A DNA stretch of 64,000 bases from Candidatus Bathyarchaeota archaeon (GCA_963715865.1 OY970280.1:1600001-1664000); one strand, 5' to 3'. Shown: positions 1 to 10,138, counted from the first letter of the stretch. Numbers and translations are program-made. Notes: a model not told the origin generated them from the sequence alone.

Positions 1-1
1 C

Positions 2-1201
2 GGTGACATGGTTCTTGGGGCATTAATAGATCTTGGAGCCAATGTTGACAAGGTTACTTCTGCCATAAAATCTTTGGAAAACCCTGAGTATGGCTACAAA
101 AATATCAAAATAAAGATTAACCAAGTAATGAGGGGCGAGTTCAAAGCTACAAAAATTGATGTCACATCTGAAACTGCCAACAAAAGACATGGCGGTGAGC
201 TTGTCGACATAGTAGAAAAAGCTGCAGATAAACTTGAGCTTTCAATAAAAGCCAAACAGTTCGCCTCCAAAGTCATCCGCACACTAGTCGGTGTAGAAGC
301 TGATTTACACAAAACCTCATTTGACGATGCACACTTACACGAAGTTGCAATGGTTGACACAGCCGCTGAAATACTTGGTTCAACAGTAGCCTTGGATGAT
401 TTAGGCTTGTTTGATTCAAAAATTTACTCGACTCCTGTTGCTGTAGGCGGAGGAATATTCAAGTTTTCACACGGTATCGTTTCAAGTCCTGCCCCTGCAA
501 CATTAGCCATACTCCAATCAAAGAAATTCCCATTCCAAGGCGGACCGATAGAAACTGAACTTGCAACACCAACAGGTGCTTCTATTTTGGTTAATTTGGT
601 TGATGAGATTAGCCGTTTTTATCCGCCTATTGTTCCTTTAAAGATTGGTTATGGTGCTGGAACTAAGGATTTTGCTGAAATGCCTGCTGTTTTAAGACTT
701 ACATTGGGTAAGCCTTTGGATGATGGACTTGTAAAGGATGAAATTGCTGTTTTGGAGACGAATATCGATGACGTGACGGGTGAGGTTGTCGGGTACACTA
801 TTGATAAATTGCTGCAGGAAGGCGCTAAAGACGTGAGCATAATTCCAATGTACACAAAAAAGAACAGGCCAGGGCAAATCATCAAAGTGATAACGGATCA
901 AAAGGATGCTAAACGTCTCTCTAGCTTGTTGATTAAGGAAACAGGCACGTTAGGTGTTAGAGTTTACTTCTGTGAGAGGCACATCGTTAATCGTGAATTG
1001 CACACAGTGGATTTATTCATAGCTGGCGCTAAAGAACCTGTCAAAATTAAAATTTCCAAAAACAGCAACGGCGATATCGTTCATATAAAACCAGAATACG
1101 ATGACCTTAAAAGGATAGCTGACAAAACTAATTTGCCTTTTAGAGAAGTTACAGACCTTGTGATGTCAAAAGCAAGGGAAGTTTTCACTCAAACGAAGTG
1201 A
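2..1201 (+). CDS. larC: Nickel pincer cofactor biosynthesis protein LarC, 5'-partial (starts before the window)
   Basis: Window opens in frame with G-D-M-VLGALIDLG, matching the LarC N-terminal SGDM motif; HLHEV, ELATPTGA, GYGAG, ETNIDD, MKKNRPG-like and ETGTLGVR motifs; adjacent to larE. Confidence 0.93.
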   Translation, partial: GDMVLGALIDLGANVDKVTSAIKSLENPEYGYKNIKIKINQVMRGEFKATKIDVTSETANKRHGGELVDIVEKAADKLELSIKAKQFASKVIRTLVGVEADLHKTSFDDAHLHEVAMVDTAAEILGSTVALDDLGLFDSKIYSTPVAVGGGIFKFSHGIVSSPAPATLAILQSKKFPFQGGPIETELATPTGASILVNLVDEISRFYPPIVPLKIGYGAGTKDFAEMPAVLRLTLGKPLDDGLVKDEIAVLETNIDDVTGEVVGYTIDKLLQEGAKDVSIIPMYTKKNRPGQIIKVITDQKDAKRLSSLLIKETGTLGVRVYFCERHIVNRELHTVDLFIAGAKEPVKIKISKNSNGDIVHIKPEYDDLKRIADKTNLPFREVTDLVMSKAREVFTQTK

Positions 1202-1207
1202 CTTTTA

Positions 1208-2032
1208 ATGAACGAGGCAAACACGAAATTCAAACAGCTCAAACAGTTCATCAGGGAAAAAGGAAAAGATGGTGTTGCAATCGCTTTTTCTGGAGGTGTG
1301 GACAGCTCAACTTTGGCTGCTGTGAGCCATGAGGTTCTAGGCGAGAAGGCAGTAGCTGTTATAGCTCAATCCCCAACGTACACATCTGAAGAGCTAAGGG
1401 ACGCTAAACAAGTAGCCAAGGAGATAGGCATCAAATTGTATGTGATTGAAACTAACGAGTTATCCAACGAGAATTTTAGCAAAAACCCTGAAAACCGTTG
1501 CTACTACTGCAAAAAAGAATTACTCGAATGCTTACTTGATTTTGGTCATGAGCTTGGGTTTAAAGCGGTTTTTGAAGGCACAAACTTTTCCGATTTAAAT
1601 GATCACAGGCCAGGATTCAAAGCTGTGCAAGAAGCCAGCAACGTGTATAGCCCATGGATGATTAACAAGTTTAGTAAGGATGAGATTCGCCAAGTAGCTA
1701 AAACAATGGGGCTTAGCGTTCATGACAAACCTGCTTTAGCGTGTTTAGCTTCAAGGATACCGTTTAATGAGAAAATTACGGCTGAGAAGTTGAACAGAAT
1801 CGACAAGGCAGAGCAAGCCATAAAGGCGATAACGGGAGTTAAGCAGATCCGCGTCAGAGACCATAACGGGTTAGCACGAATAGAAGTCGGAAAAGCTGAA
1901 AGAGCGCTCTTTTGCAGTGTCGATGTTTTGGATAGGGTGGCTGAGGATTTGAAAAAGTTAGGTTTCAAGTATGTGACGGTTGATTTGGAAGGTTACCGAT
2001 CAGGAAGCATGCTTAAAACATTAGACACATAA
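1208..2032 (+). CDS. larE: LarE ATP-dependent sulfur transferase (PP-loop), with the CxxC...C motif of [4Fe-4S]-type LarE
   Basis: SGGVDS PP-loop, RCYYCK, GTNFSD..DHRPG, ACLASRIP, RVRDH. Confidence 0.93.
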   Translation: MNEANTKFKQLKQFIREKGKDGVAIAFSGGVDSSTLAAVSHEVLGEKAVAVIAQSPTYTSEELRDAKQVAKEIGIKLYVIETNELSNENFSKNPENRCYYCKKELLECLLDFGHELGFKAVFEGTNFSDLNDHRPGFKAVQEASNVYSPWMINKFSKDEIRQVAKTMGLSVHDKPALACLASRIPFNEKITAEKLNRIDKAEQAIKAITGVKQIRVRDHNGLARIEVGKAERALFCSVDVLDRVAEDLKKLGFKYVTVDLEGYRSGSMLKTLDT

Positions 2033-2149
2033 ATACAAACATGCATGTCTCCTGTCTATGCGCCTATTAATTTGCAAAGAACTCTGTCAGACCTTGGCAG
2101 TGTGAATGCTTAAATAATTTCGGCTATTGTATTTTGTTCGGGCTGAGAA

Positions 2150-3574
2150 ATGACTACTTCGCCGTCAAGTATTTGCTTTTTTAACACTCTAACACGCAAG
2201 AAAGAAGTTTTTAAGCCGTTGGAAGCGGACGAAGTGAAAATGTACACGTGTGGTCCCACAGTGTATGATTTTGCGCATATTGGGAATTTTCGGGCTTTTT
2301 TGTTTGAGGATTTGCTGAAACGTTGGCTTGTGAGTCGAGGCTTCAAGGTTACGCATGTCATGAACTTGACAGATGTCGATGACAAAACCATCAAAGGCAG
2401 CCAGAAACAGCAGGTGCCGCTTAGGCAGTTCACCGATTTCTATGTCAAAGCCTTTTTCGAAGACATCAAAGCCCTAAACATTCAACCCGCAGACGTTTAC
2501 CCAAAAGCCACCGACCACATTCCCGAAATGGTCGCTTTAATCAAAACGTTGATGGCTAAAGGCTACGCTTACCGCGGCGAAGACGGCTCAATCTACTACG
2601 CCATAAGCAAGTTCCCAGGTTACGGCAAACTCTCAAAAATCAAAACTGCCGAACTCAAAGCAGGCGCAAGAGTAAGCCAAGACGAATACGCCAAAGAAGA
2701 AGCACAGGACTTTGCCCTCTGGAAAGCTTGGACGCCGGAAGATGGCGATGCCTTCTGGGAAACGGAGCTGGGCAAAGGCAGGCCAGGATGGCACATCGAA
2801 TGCAGCGCAATGTCAATGAAGTATCTCGGCGAAACCTTCGACATTCACTGCGGCGGAGTGGATAACATTTTTCCGCATCATGAGAACGAGATTGCGCAAA
2901 GCGAGGCGGCAACCGATAAGAAGTTTGTGAATTACTGGTTGCATAATGAGCATTTGCTTGTTGAAGGCAAAAAAATGGCTAAGCGCTTTGGCAATTTTTA
3001 CACGCTCCGCGACCTGTTAGCTAAGGGGTATGATCCGATTGCGATTCGGTACTTGCTGTTGTCCACGCATTACAGGCAACAGTTCAACTTTACTTTTGAA
3101 GGCTTAGAAGCCGCTAAAGCTGCGGTGGATAGGCTAAGGAATTTTGTTCGACGCTTGCATGACGCGGAGGGCAAGGATAGCAAAGGAAAAGCCGCCGTTT
3201 TAGCATCGAAGCTTGAGGCGTGCTTTGGCGGGTCAATGGATGATGACTTGGACATCGGTATAGCATTGGCTTCGCTTTTTGATTTTGTGCGGGAAATCAA
3301 CAACTTGCTTGATGCTAACATGGTAAGCAAGGCGGAAGCAGCAGAAGTTGGCAGATTAATAATGCAAATCGATGCCGTCTTGGGCGTCATTGGCGAGGTG
3401 AAGACGCAGGAAGTCTTACCGGCAGAGATTGATGCTTTAGTTCAGCAGCGTGAGGAAGCTCGCAAAGCGAAGAATTGGAAAGAAGCTGACGCCATAAGAA
3501 CACAGCTTAAGGCAATGGGCATCGTGCTTGAGGATACAGCACAAGGCGTACGGTGGCATAAGGAAAAGGCTTAA
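2150..3574 (+). CDS. cysS: Cysteine--tRNA ligase (class I)
   Basis: MYTCGPTVYD, HIGN, GRPGWHIECSAM, DIHCGGVDNIFPHHENE, KMSKS variant KMAKR. Confidence 0.97.
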   Translation: MTTSPSSICFFNTLTRKKEVFKPLEADEVKMYTCGPTVYDFAHIGNFRAFLFEDLLKRWLVSRGFKVTHVMNLTDVDDKTIKGSQKQQVPLRQFTDFYVKAFFEDIKALNIQPADVYPKATDHIPEMVALIKTLMAKGYAYRGEDGSIYYAISKFPGYGKLSKIKTAELKAGARVSQDEYAKEEAQDFALWKAWTPEDGDAFWETELGKGRPGWHIECSAMSMKYLGETFDIHCGGVDNIFPHHENEIAQSEAATDKKFVNYWLHNEHLLVEGKKMAKRFGNFYTLRDLLAKGYDPIAIRYLLLSTHYRQQFNFTFEGLEAAKAAVDRLRNFVRRLHDAEGKDSKGKAAVLASKLEACFGGSMDDDLDIGIALASLFDFVREINNLLDANMVSKAEAAEVGRLIMQIDAVLGVIGEVKTQEVLPAEIDALVQQREEARKAKNWKEADAIRTQLKAMGIVLEDTAQGVRWHKEKA

Positions 3575-4356
3575 ACGGTTTTGCCCTCAAAATTCCATTC
3601 GGTTTTGGAATATTTTTCCTTGTAAAGCTTCTGCGCAAGCTCCACTTCATAAGGCGTTAACTCGCTAGGCTCAAGCTGAATCTTCAAAATCGCCCTAAAA
3701 CCCTGAGCCAACGCATTAGCAACTGTTTCAGGCATAACTACGTGGCCTAACTCGTTTTGTATGCTGGTGATTTTGCGCTTAGCAATATCCGCGGCTTGAG
3801 TGCAACTTGCGTTTTTTAGTTTTAGAAGCGTAAACATTTTTGGCAAATCAACGCTTCGCAGCACTGTGCCATGCTGGAGCACGACTCCACGGGTTATGGT
3901 TTGGCTGCTGCCTGAGATTTTTTTGCCGTTAACGGTTAAATTTGGGCAGTTTTTTTGGTCACCTCTGCTGAAGTCGGCTGGTATTCCCAAAAGCCTAAGC
4001 GCGTCGGTTATTGCCTCGTAAATCTTGGCGTAAACGCTAGTAATGTCTGCAGTGCCTAAGGCTTCGGTTTTGGCGTTTACGCTGTAGGTGACTTCGCCCT
4101 CATAATCATGGTAAACGGTGCCGCCGCCACTAATACGCCGAACCACATCAACTCCCAGCCGTTTGCAAGCGTCAAGGTAAACTTCGTTCTGAGGGTTCTG
4201 GTTCTTGCCAATGCTGACGGCGGATGGTTGCCAACGATAAAAACGCAAGGTATTCGGAACTTGCCCAGCGATTCGCGCTGTTAATATTGCCTCGTCGATT
4301 GCCATGTTCATAAATGCATTGTTGGTTTGGAGCGGTAGTAAACGCCAAGTATCCAT
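3571..4356 (-). CDS. lplA: Lipoate--protein ligase family, catalytic domain only
   Basis: NMAIDEA, RRISGGGTVYHD, KKISGSSQ, LQHGT motifs. Confidence 0.9.
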   Translation of the reverse strand: MDTWRLLPLQTNNAFMNMAIDEAILTARIAGQVPNTLRFYRWQPSAVSIGKNQNPQNEVYLDACKRLGVDVVRRISGGGTVYHDYEGEVTYSVNAKTEALGTADITSVYAKIYEAITDALRLLGIPADFSRGDQKNCPNLTVNGKKISGSSQTITRGVVLQHGTVLRSVDLPKMFTLLKLKNASCTQAADIAKRKITSIQNELGHVVMPETVANALAQGFRAILKIQLEPSELTPYEVELAQKLYKEKYSKTEWNFEGKTV

Positions 4357-4494
4357 TATGGTTCAATCCTTTCGAATGAAAAAACAAGGTTTCGCTTAAA
4401 ACTGTTATGCAATTGCTTAGATTTTACGATAACTCACTAATGTAGATATGTTCATATGCAAGTTGCAAAGTAAAGTAGATATCGAGGTTGTCTG

Positions 4495-4662
4495 ATGGTT
4501 GCCCGTAAATTCACAGTTTTACTCGAACCTGCCGAGGAAGGTGGTTTCGTAGTCAAGTGTCTTGAGCTTCCGGTTGCAACTCAAGGCGAAACCAAAGAAG
4601 AAGCCTTAAGCAACATCAAGGAAGCCATCGAAGGTTATCTGGAAGTTAAAGCAAAAAACTGA
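4495..4662 (+). CDS. hicB: HicB-family antitoxin, 55 aa (MVARKFTVLLEPAEEGGFVVKCLELPVATQGETKEEALSNIKEAIEGYLEVKAKN); absent from the ORF track
   Basis: Hand-translated; EEGGF-V...LP..TQGET.EEA..NI.EAI signature; GAGGT RBS upstream. Confidence 0.88.
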   Translation: MVARKFTVLLEPAEEGGFVVKCLELPVATQGETKEEALSNIKEAIEGYLEVKAKN

Positions 4663-4817
4663 GGAATCGGTAGGGTAGGTATCTTTTTAGCTACTGAAAC
4701 TAGGTCTAAAAAGAGGGTATCCCTCCGTAAGCCAGTTTCTCAAAAATGATTGCTCTAATCCTTATAGATAAAGCCTTAAAACTTAAACTCGCATTCTTAA
4801 GGAAAGAGGAAACTATA

Positions 4818-5699
4818 ATGAAGATTATTGCTGGTCCAGCGTCGAAGGAGCTTGCTGAAAAGGTTTCAGCGTTAACTGGTTTTGGGAATGTTCCTGTTGC
4901 GTTTAAGGTTTTTCCTGACGGGGAATCGTATGTTCGTTTGGAAGGTAGCGTTCAAGGCGAAAGTGTGGCTATTGTGCAGACTACGTGTCCGCCGGCTCAG
5001 GATGGGAGGCTTTTTCAGTTAGCGTTCATGGCTGATGCAGCAAAGCGAGGCGGCGCCGATAAGGTCTTGGCGGTTGTGCCTTACTTGGCCTATGCCCGTC
5101 AGGATAAGATGTTTCTGCAGGGCGAAGGTATAAGTGTTGAAACCGTCGCGCGGATGCTGAAGGCAGCTGGAATCGACGAGTTATTAACAGTGAACACTCA
5201 CTCGGAACATGCGCTCGAACAGTTTTCGTTTCCAGCCAGAACAGTGAGTGCTATACCGCTTTTGGCAGAGTATTTTGTGCAGAAAGGCTTCAAAGGAGCA
5301 TTTGCCCTGTCGCCTGACAAGGGTGCAATGTATATTGCGAAGCAGGCGCAAGCGGTTTTAGGCGGCGAAGCTGGGCATTTGGATAAGCAGCGTGACCGCT
5401 ATACTGGACAAACTAAGCAGACCGCTGAAGGCTTAAACGTTAAAGGCAAAACCGTCATAATCTTCGACGACATAATCAGCACGGGCGGCACCATCGTGGG
5501 AGCAGCAAAAATCCTCCGCGAACAAGGCGCCAAACATGTTTTTTGCGCTTGCGTGCACGGCTTGCTGATTGGCGACGCACAAAAACGCATCCTTGACGCA
5601 GGCGTGGAGGAAATCGTGGGCACCGACAGCGTGCCTGGCAGTGTGAGTAAGGTTTCGTTGGCGCCGCTGATAAGCCAAGAACTTAGGGCGCAAAAATAG
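4818..5699 (+). CDS. prs: Ribose-phosphate pyrophosphokinase
   Basis: FPDGESYVR, PYLAYARQD, SPDKGA, DDIISTGGT; start placed at the ATG at 4818. Confidence 0.95.
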   Translation: MKIIAGPASKELAEKVSALTGFGNVPVAFKVFPDGESYVRLEGSVQGESVAIVQTTCPPAQDGRLFQLAFMADAAKRGGADKVLAVVPYLAYARQDKMFLQGEGISVETVARMLKAAGIDELLTVNTHSEHALEQFSFPARTVSAIPLLAEYFVQKGFKGAFALSPDKGAMYIAKQAQAVLGGEAGHLDKQRDRYTGQTKQTAEGLNVKGKTVIIFDDIISTGGTIVGAAKILREQGAKHVFCACVHGLLIGDAQKRILDAGVEEIVGTDSVPGSVSKVSLAPLISQELRAQK

Positions 5700-6746
5700 T
5701 TGGCTAAACTTTTTTTCCTCTTATCGGGCGAGAGCGAGTCTTTGCCTGCTGCTGAAGTTAAAGCGATACTGGAAGCAGAAGGCTATGGCTATGGGAACGT
5801 TGAAGTTCTCGACCAGACTTTGCGGTTGGAATCAGAGCTCGGCAGCGTCCAAGCAGTGCAGGTTAGAGCAGCGTTCACGAGACTTTGCGCCTTGGAGCTT
5901 TTCAAATCAGACGCCACTGAAACGGAAATTAGTAAAACCGCAAGCAATACTGACTTCAAAGCAGTTTTGAAACCGGGCGAAAGCTTTTCGGTACGGATAA
6001 ACCGCATAAAAAACTACGCGGACCAAGCCATCAACACTATGAGGCTGGAAGGAAAACTGGGAAAAATAATACTGCAACGCACACAAGACACAAAGGTAAA
6101 CCTCAAAAACCCAGACAAAACCTTCATCGGCATAATAACCAACGAAAAACTCGTTTTTGGTTTGAAGCTCACCGAAATCCAAACCAAAACCTTCTCAGAA
6201 CGCAGACCGCGCAAAAAACCGTTCTTCCACCCGTCTGCCATGCCGTCGAAACTTGCCCGTTGCATGGTGAATTTGGCGCATGGAAAAACTGAAGACTTAG
6301 TGCTTGACCCGTTTTGCGGAACAGGCAGCTCGCTTATTGAAGCCACGTACATCGGCTGCAGAGCGTTGGGTGTTGATGCTCAGAGGCGGATGGTTTTGGG
6401 TTGCAGAAAAAACCTGCAGCACTTCAATATCACTGCTGAAGGTTTAGTTTTGGCTGATGCACGCCATTTGCCCTTTACGGAGGTTGATTGTGTTGTTACT
6501 GACCCGCCGTATGGTCGCTCATCAAGCACATTGAAGTCTACGACTAAGCAGTTGGTGCAGGAGGTTTTGGCTTCAGCGCATTGCTTGTTGGGGGTGGGGC
6601 AACGGATTTGTATTGCTTCGCCTAAAACATTAAACATTAAAGCGTTAGGCACGGCGTTGGGGTATAGGCATGTGGAGTCCCATTTCGCCTACGTACATAG
6701 AACGCTAACAAGGGAAATCGCAGTGTTCGAGAAGGTGCATGACTAA
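5700..6746 (+). CDS. trm11: tRNA (guanine(10)-N2)-methyltransferase, THUMP + MTase
   Basis: HPSAM, LDPFCGTGS, TDPPYGR motifs; N-terminal THUMP-like region. Confidence 0.88.
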   Translation: MAKLFFLLSGESESLPAAEVKAILEAEGYGYGNVEVLDQTLRLESELGSVQAVQVRAAFTRLCALELFKSDATETEISKTASNTDFKAVLKPGESFSVRINRIKNYADQAINTMRLEGKLGKIILQRTQDTKVNLKNPDKTFIGIITNEKLVFGLKLTEIQTKTFSERRPRKKPFFHPSAMPSKLARCMVNLAHGKTEDLVLDPFCGTGSSLIEATYIGCRALGVDAQRRMVLGCRKNLQHFNITAEGLVLADARHLPFTEVDCVVTDPPYGRSSSTLKSTTKQLVQEVLASAHCLLGVGQRICIASPKTLNIKALGTALGYRHVESHFAYVHRTLTREIAVFEKVHD

Positions 6747-7670
6747 GTGAGTATTCGCGTGGTGTTTTTGGGAACAAGCGGCAGCGTTCCAACCCTGAAG
6801 CGGAGCCTACCAGCCGTCGTCCTCCAATGTCCAAAGGAGCAGTGGATGTTTGACTGCGGCGAAAGCACACAGCGGCAAATGATGCAGGCAAAAGTAAGCT
6901 TCCACAAGAAACTAAAAGTTTTTCTCACTCACTTGCATGGTGACCACGTGCTGGGTTTGCCAGGGGTGCTGCAAACGATGGCGTTAATGGACCGCAAAGA
7001 GCCAGTCGCTGTGTATGGCCCCCCAGGGATTAAGGATTTTCTGCTTTGCGCTAAAGAGACCCTGAAGTTTGGTTTAACGTTCCCAGTGGAAATCAGCGAG
7101 ATTTTAAGCGAAGGCATAATTCTGGATGAAGAAGAATACAGTGTTGAGGCTGCCAGGTCTAACCATGCCGTGGACAGTTACGCTTACGCGTTTATAGAGA
7201 AGCCGCGCCCTGGAAAGTTTTACCCGAAAAAAGCCTTGACGCTCGGAGTTCCCGAGGGCGAATTGTGGTCTAAGCTTCAGGGCGGCGAAGAAATCAAAAT
7301 GGCAGACGACAGGGTGGTTAAGCCAAGCGACGTCATGGGGCCGCTTCGGGCTGGGCGAAAAATTGTTTACACAGGCGACACCAGACCGTTCGAAGGGTTT
7401 GCAAAGTTTGCTGCCGGAGCGGATTTAGTTATTCATGACTGCACCTTTGACGATTCACTGAGCGAGAAAGCAGCATTGGATGGGCATTCAACGCCTAGCC
7501 AAGCTGCAGGACAAGCGAAGGCAGCTGGAGCAAAGCGGCTGGTTTTGACGCATATCAGCGCAAGGTATCCTGATGCCAGTGTGCTTTTGGAACAGGCAAA
7601 AAAGGTCTTTGCACACACGATGCTGGCTGAGGATTTTATGGAGCTTGAACTGCCGCTTAGGAAAAGCTAA
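6747..7670 (+). CDS. rnz: Ribonuclease Z
   Basis: FLGTSGSVP, FDCGE, THLHGDH, YTGDT, HST, LTHISARY. Confidence 0.96.
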   Translation: MSIRVVFLGTSGSVPTLKRSLPAVVLQCPKEQWMFDCGESTQRQMMQAKVSFHKKLKVFLTHLHGDHVLGLPGVLQTMALMDRKEPVAVYGPPGIKDFLLCAKETLKFGLTFPVEISEILSEGIILDEEEYSVEAARSNHAVDSYAYAFIEKPRPGKFYPKKALTLGVPEGELWSKLQGGEEIKMADDRVVKPSDVMGPLRAGRKIVYTGDTRPFEGFAKFAAGADLVIHDCTFDDSLSEKAALDGHSTPSQAAGQAKAAGAKRLVLTHISARYPDASVLLEQAKKVFAHTMLAEDFMELELPLRKS

Positions 7671-8449
7671 CCGAGAAGCTGCCGCAGTTTTTGTAGGCTT
7701 TCTGTGATGTTGGTTGTAGATTCGAGGATTACGGTTTTGTCGTAGCCTAATTTTTTTATGGTTTGTGCAAACCAGTTCCAGTCGATTTTGCCTTGGCCTA
7801 TGCCGAGGTGCTGGTCTTCAATGCCGTTGTTGTCGCTGGCGTGGACGTGGATGATTTTGTCAGCTAACATGTTGAAGAATGGTTCTATTTGGGCTTCGAG
7901 GTTGGCGTGGCCGAGGTCCATGACGATGCCGATTGGCAGGTTAGTTTCTCTGTAGAATCGAGTAAATTCCTCTGGTTTATTCATTAAAAACCAGTATTTT
8001 GCTGGCAAATTTTCCAGAGCAATGTTTACCCCGTATTCTTCCGCTGTCTCGTAGAGTTCTTGGATGCTTTGGTTGTTTTGTTTCCAGTCGGCGCCGGGGT
8101 AGAATTGGCCGATGCCTGTTTGCGTTCCAGGATGGAAAACCCAGAGTTTAGCGTCCAACGCGTTAGCGTAGGCGATGGATTGTTTGAGGCGTTTTATTGC
8201 GGTGTTTAGCATGACTTTTGACGGCGAAGCAATGTTGATGTCAGCGAAGGGCGCATGTAACGAGTATTCTAAACCGTATGATTTCGCGGCTTCTTTGAGC
8301 ATGGCGACGCGTTTTTTGTCAAGTTCATGCTTGCCGTCATCTAAAACTTCAACGTAACGCGTGTCCACAGTGCCTAAACGCTTAACCATCCGATTGAATG
8401 GTTCGCCTAGGCAGTAGAGCATTGAAACGCCAACTTTAGCCTTGGGCAT
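7667..8449 (-). CDS. Sugar-phosphate isomerase/epimerase family (AP endonuclease 2 TIM barrel)
   Basis: SLHAPF, ALENL, DLGHA, HVHASDN, DQHLGIGQG metal-binding motifs. Confidence 0.85.
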   Translation of the reverse strand: MPKAKVGVSMLYCLGEPFNRMVKRLGTVDTRYVEVLDDGKHELDKKRVAMLKEAAKSYGLEYSLHAPFADINIASPSKVMLNTAIKRLKQSIAYANALDAKLWVFHPGTQTGIGQFYPGADWKQNNQSIQELYETAEEYGVNIALENLPAKYWFLMNKPEEFTRFYRETNLPIGIVMDLGHANLEAQIEPFFNMLADKIIHVHASDNNGIEDQHLGIGQGKIDWNWFAQTIKKLGYDKTVILESTTNITESLQKLRQLLG

Positions 8450-8587
8450 ACAACCGTTACCTCACTTGTTAACAGGACAGTTTGCTGGTTAAGAGTTTAA
8501 AACTAACTTAATAACCTAATCGAGGCAATCGGGAAAAACTAATGCTCTAAACAAGCCGTAATTTAATTCTTAGAAAAAAGTCCTTTT

Positions 8588-9103
8588 TTATGGGAATAGT
8601 CGTCTGCCCCATTGTTGCTGCCTAAACGCGACCGCTCTAGTCGTTTTATACTGCACCTGTCTAATTCCTAGCGCTAGTTCAGCAAACTCTCTTATGGTTG
8701 TGTAGCGGAAGTCCCATGTTGGCGTGCCACACCGTAAGCCGCTGCACATCGTGTCCGCGTAAATGTACAATCGCATCCCGCCATAATCGTATGCTGCTTG
8801 GTTTTGCTGCCCGTATTTTGGTTCTGAAAGTATTTTGAAGGGCCAGAGTTTGCATGCTTCAGGCTTCATGTTCTGCAAGCCGCAGTAGTAGTTGTTTGTG
8901 TGGTTGCATAGGAAAGCGCAGGAGCCATCGTCTGCCCTTTTAATGAAGAATCGGTCTAAGCCAGCCACGGTTGTTTCCATGCCAAAAGTTTTGGCGATTT
9001 TTAGCCATTCCGTGAAGTCTAAGACGACGCTGTAGAGTTTGCAGCAGTAACCGCATGCTTTGCAATGCCAGTCGGCTATGTTTTGCCATGGAATAAACTG
9101 CAT
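8588..9103 (-). CDS. YkgJ-family cysteine-cluster (putative Fe-S/Zn) protein
   Basis: CKACGYCC, CAFL, C....KPEACKLWPF pattern. Confidence 0.8.
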   Translation of the reverse strand: MQFIPWQNIADWHCKACGYCCKLYSVVLDFTEWLKIAKTFGMETTVAGLDRFFIKRADDGSCAFLCNHTNNYYCGLQNMKPEACKLWPFKILSEPKYGQQNQAAYDYGGMRLYIYADTMCSGLRCGTPTWDFRYTTIREFAELALGIRQVQYKTTRAVAFRQQQWGRRLFP

Positions 9104-9176
9104 TTTTAGTAAACACTCTTTTTGAACAGTGAAGATAGGAGACTAAAAACCTTTTTCCAATCAATAAAGGGAAAAA

Positions 9177-9653
9177 CTATGGTTTCCTGTACAGATAAAT
9201 TGTGTGAGAAGGATAGCCTAACTGGGGGTTTTCACAGAAATTCTCAACTTTCTCAGGACGCCAACCAATAATCTCGTAATCATGCGAAACCACGCGTGCA
9301 CCCTTCTTAAGGTCACTCTCAAGCTTGGGCCTGATTTTCTCATTTGCACTCGTCGTCAAATACAAGTAAACCACGTCAGCCGAAGTTAAGTTAACGTTAA
9401 ACATGTCACCATTCACAATTGTTACTCTATCCTCAAGACCATTCTCATGAATAGTACTCAACGCTTTTTTCGCCAAATCCTCACGCAACTCGATACCGAC
9501 CCCTCTGGCGCCAAAAGTTTTCGCCGCCATAATCACAGTTCTGCCATCTCCAGAACCTAAGTCAAACAGTACTTCGCCAGCCTTCAAATCAGCCAATTTC
9601 AACATGTATTCTACAACACAGTTTGGACTTGGAACAAAAGGCGCAATAAACAT
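9177..9653 (-). CDS. Class I SAM-dependent methyltransferase
   Basis: APFVPS, DLGSGDGR, GIE, GDMF, RVVSHDY; start placed at the internal ATG. Confidence 0.88.
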   Translation of the reverse strand: MFIAPFVPSPNCVVEYMLKLADLKAGEVLFDLGSGDGRTVIMAAKTFGARGVGIELREDLAKKALSTIHENGLEDRVTIVNGDMFNVNLTSADVVYLYLTTSANEKIRPKLESDLKKGARVVSHDYEIIGWRPEKVENFCENPQLGYPSHTIYLYRKP

Positions 9654-9686
9654 TCTAACACTTTCACCCTTCAACAATCATGCTTT

Positions 9687-10013
9687 TTATGCCACGTAAG
9701 CGTCCTTTTTCGGCTGCGGCCTTCTAGCTTCCCCACATTTTACGCAGCTTTGAGCGCACAATTCAAGATATTTTTCTTCATCAGCCGAGCCAACCGCGTT
9801 TGCTGCTTTCATGCAGAGTTCACTTGGCTCAACGCAACCTTCTTCTTTGCACAGATTCGAAACGAACTGACAAACTTCCTGCACATCCTTAGGCTCCAAG
9901 ACAGCCCTGTTGGTGCGCACAAGCAAACAAAGCTCCCGCGCCATAACACATGTTTTCACGTATTTGACGCGTTCAAGAACTTCATCGCGTAAATTCTTTC
10001 GGCTTATTTCCAC
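9687..10013 (-). CDS. Cys-rich helical hypothetical protein (9 Cys in 108 aa)
   Basis: Clean ORF 9 bp upstream of the methyltransferase ORF; regular Cys spacing. Confidence 0.6.
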   Translation of the reverse strand: MEISRKNLRDEVLERVKYVKTCVMARELCLLVRTNRAVLEPKDVQEVCQFVSNLCKEEGCVEPSELCMKAANAVGSADEEKYLELCAQSCVKCGEARRPQPKKDAYVA

Positions 10014-10138
10014 TCTTCTTTATTCTCCTACTGGCATTATAAACAGATAATCAAAATAAGCGGTTCTAGGTTTAAAAAGTTGCTGTTATTCCTCATAAAA
10101 CAAACAATTTTAAAAAAAGGCAAACTGCAACGTCATTA

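Noticed and set aside
2140-2150. GGGCTGAGAA before the cysS start, matching the first 10 nt of the hairpin arm
   Set aside because: No partner arm or other shared sequence; a chance match is plausible
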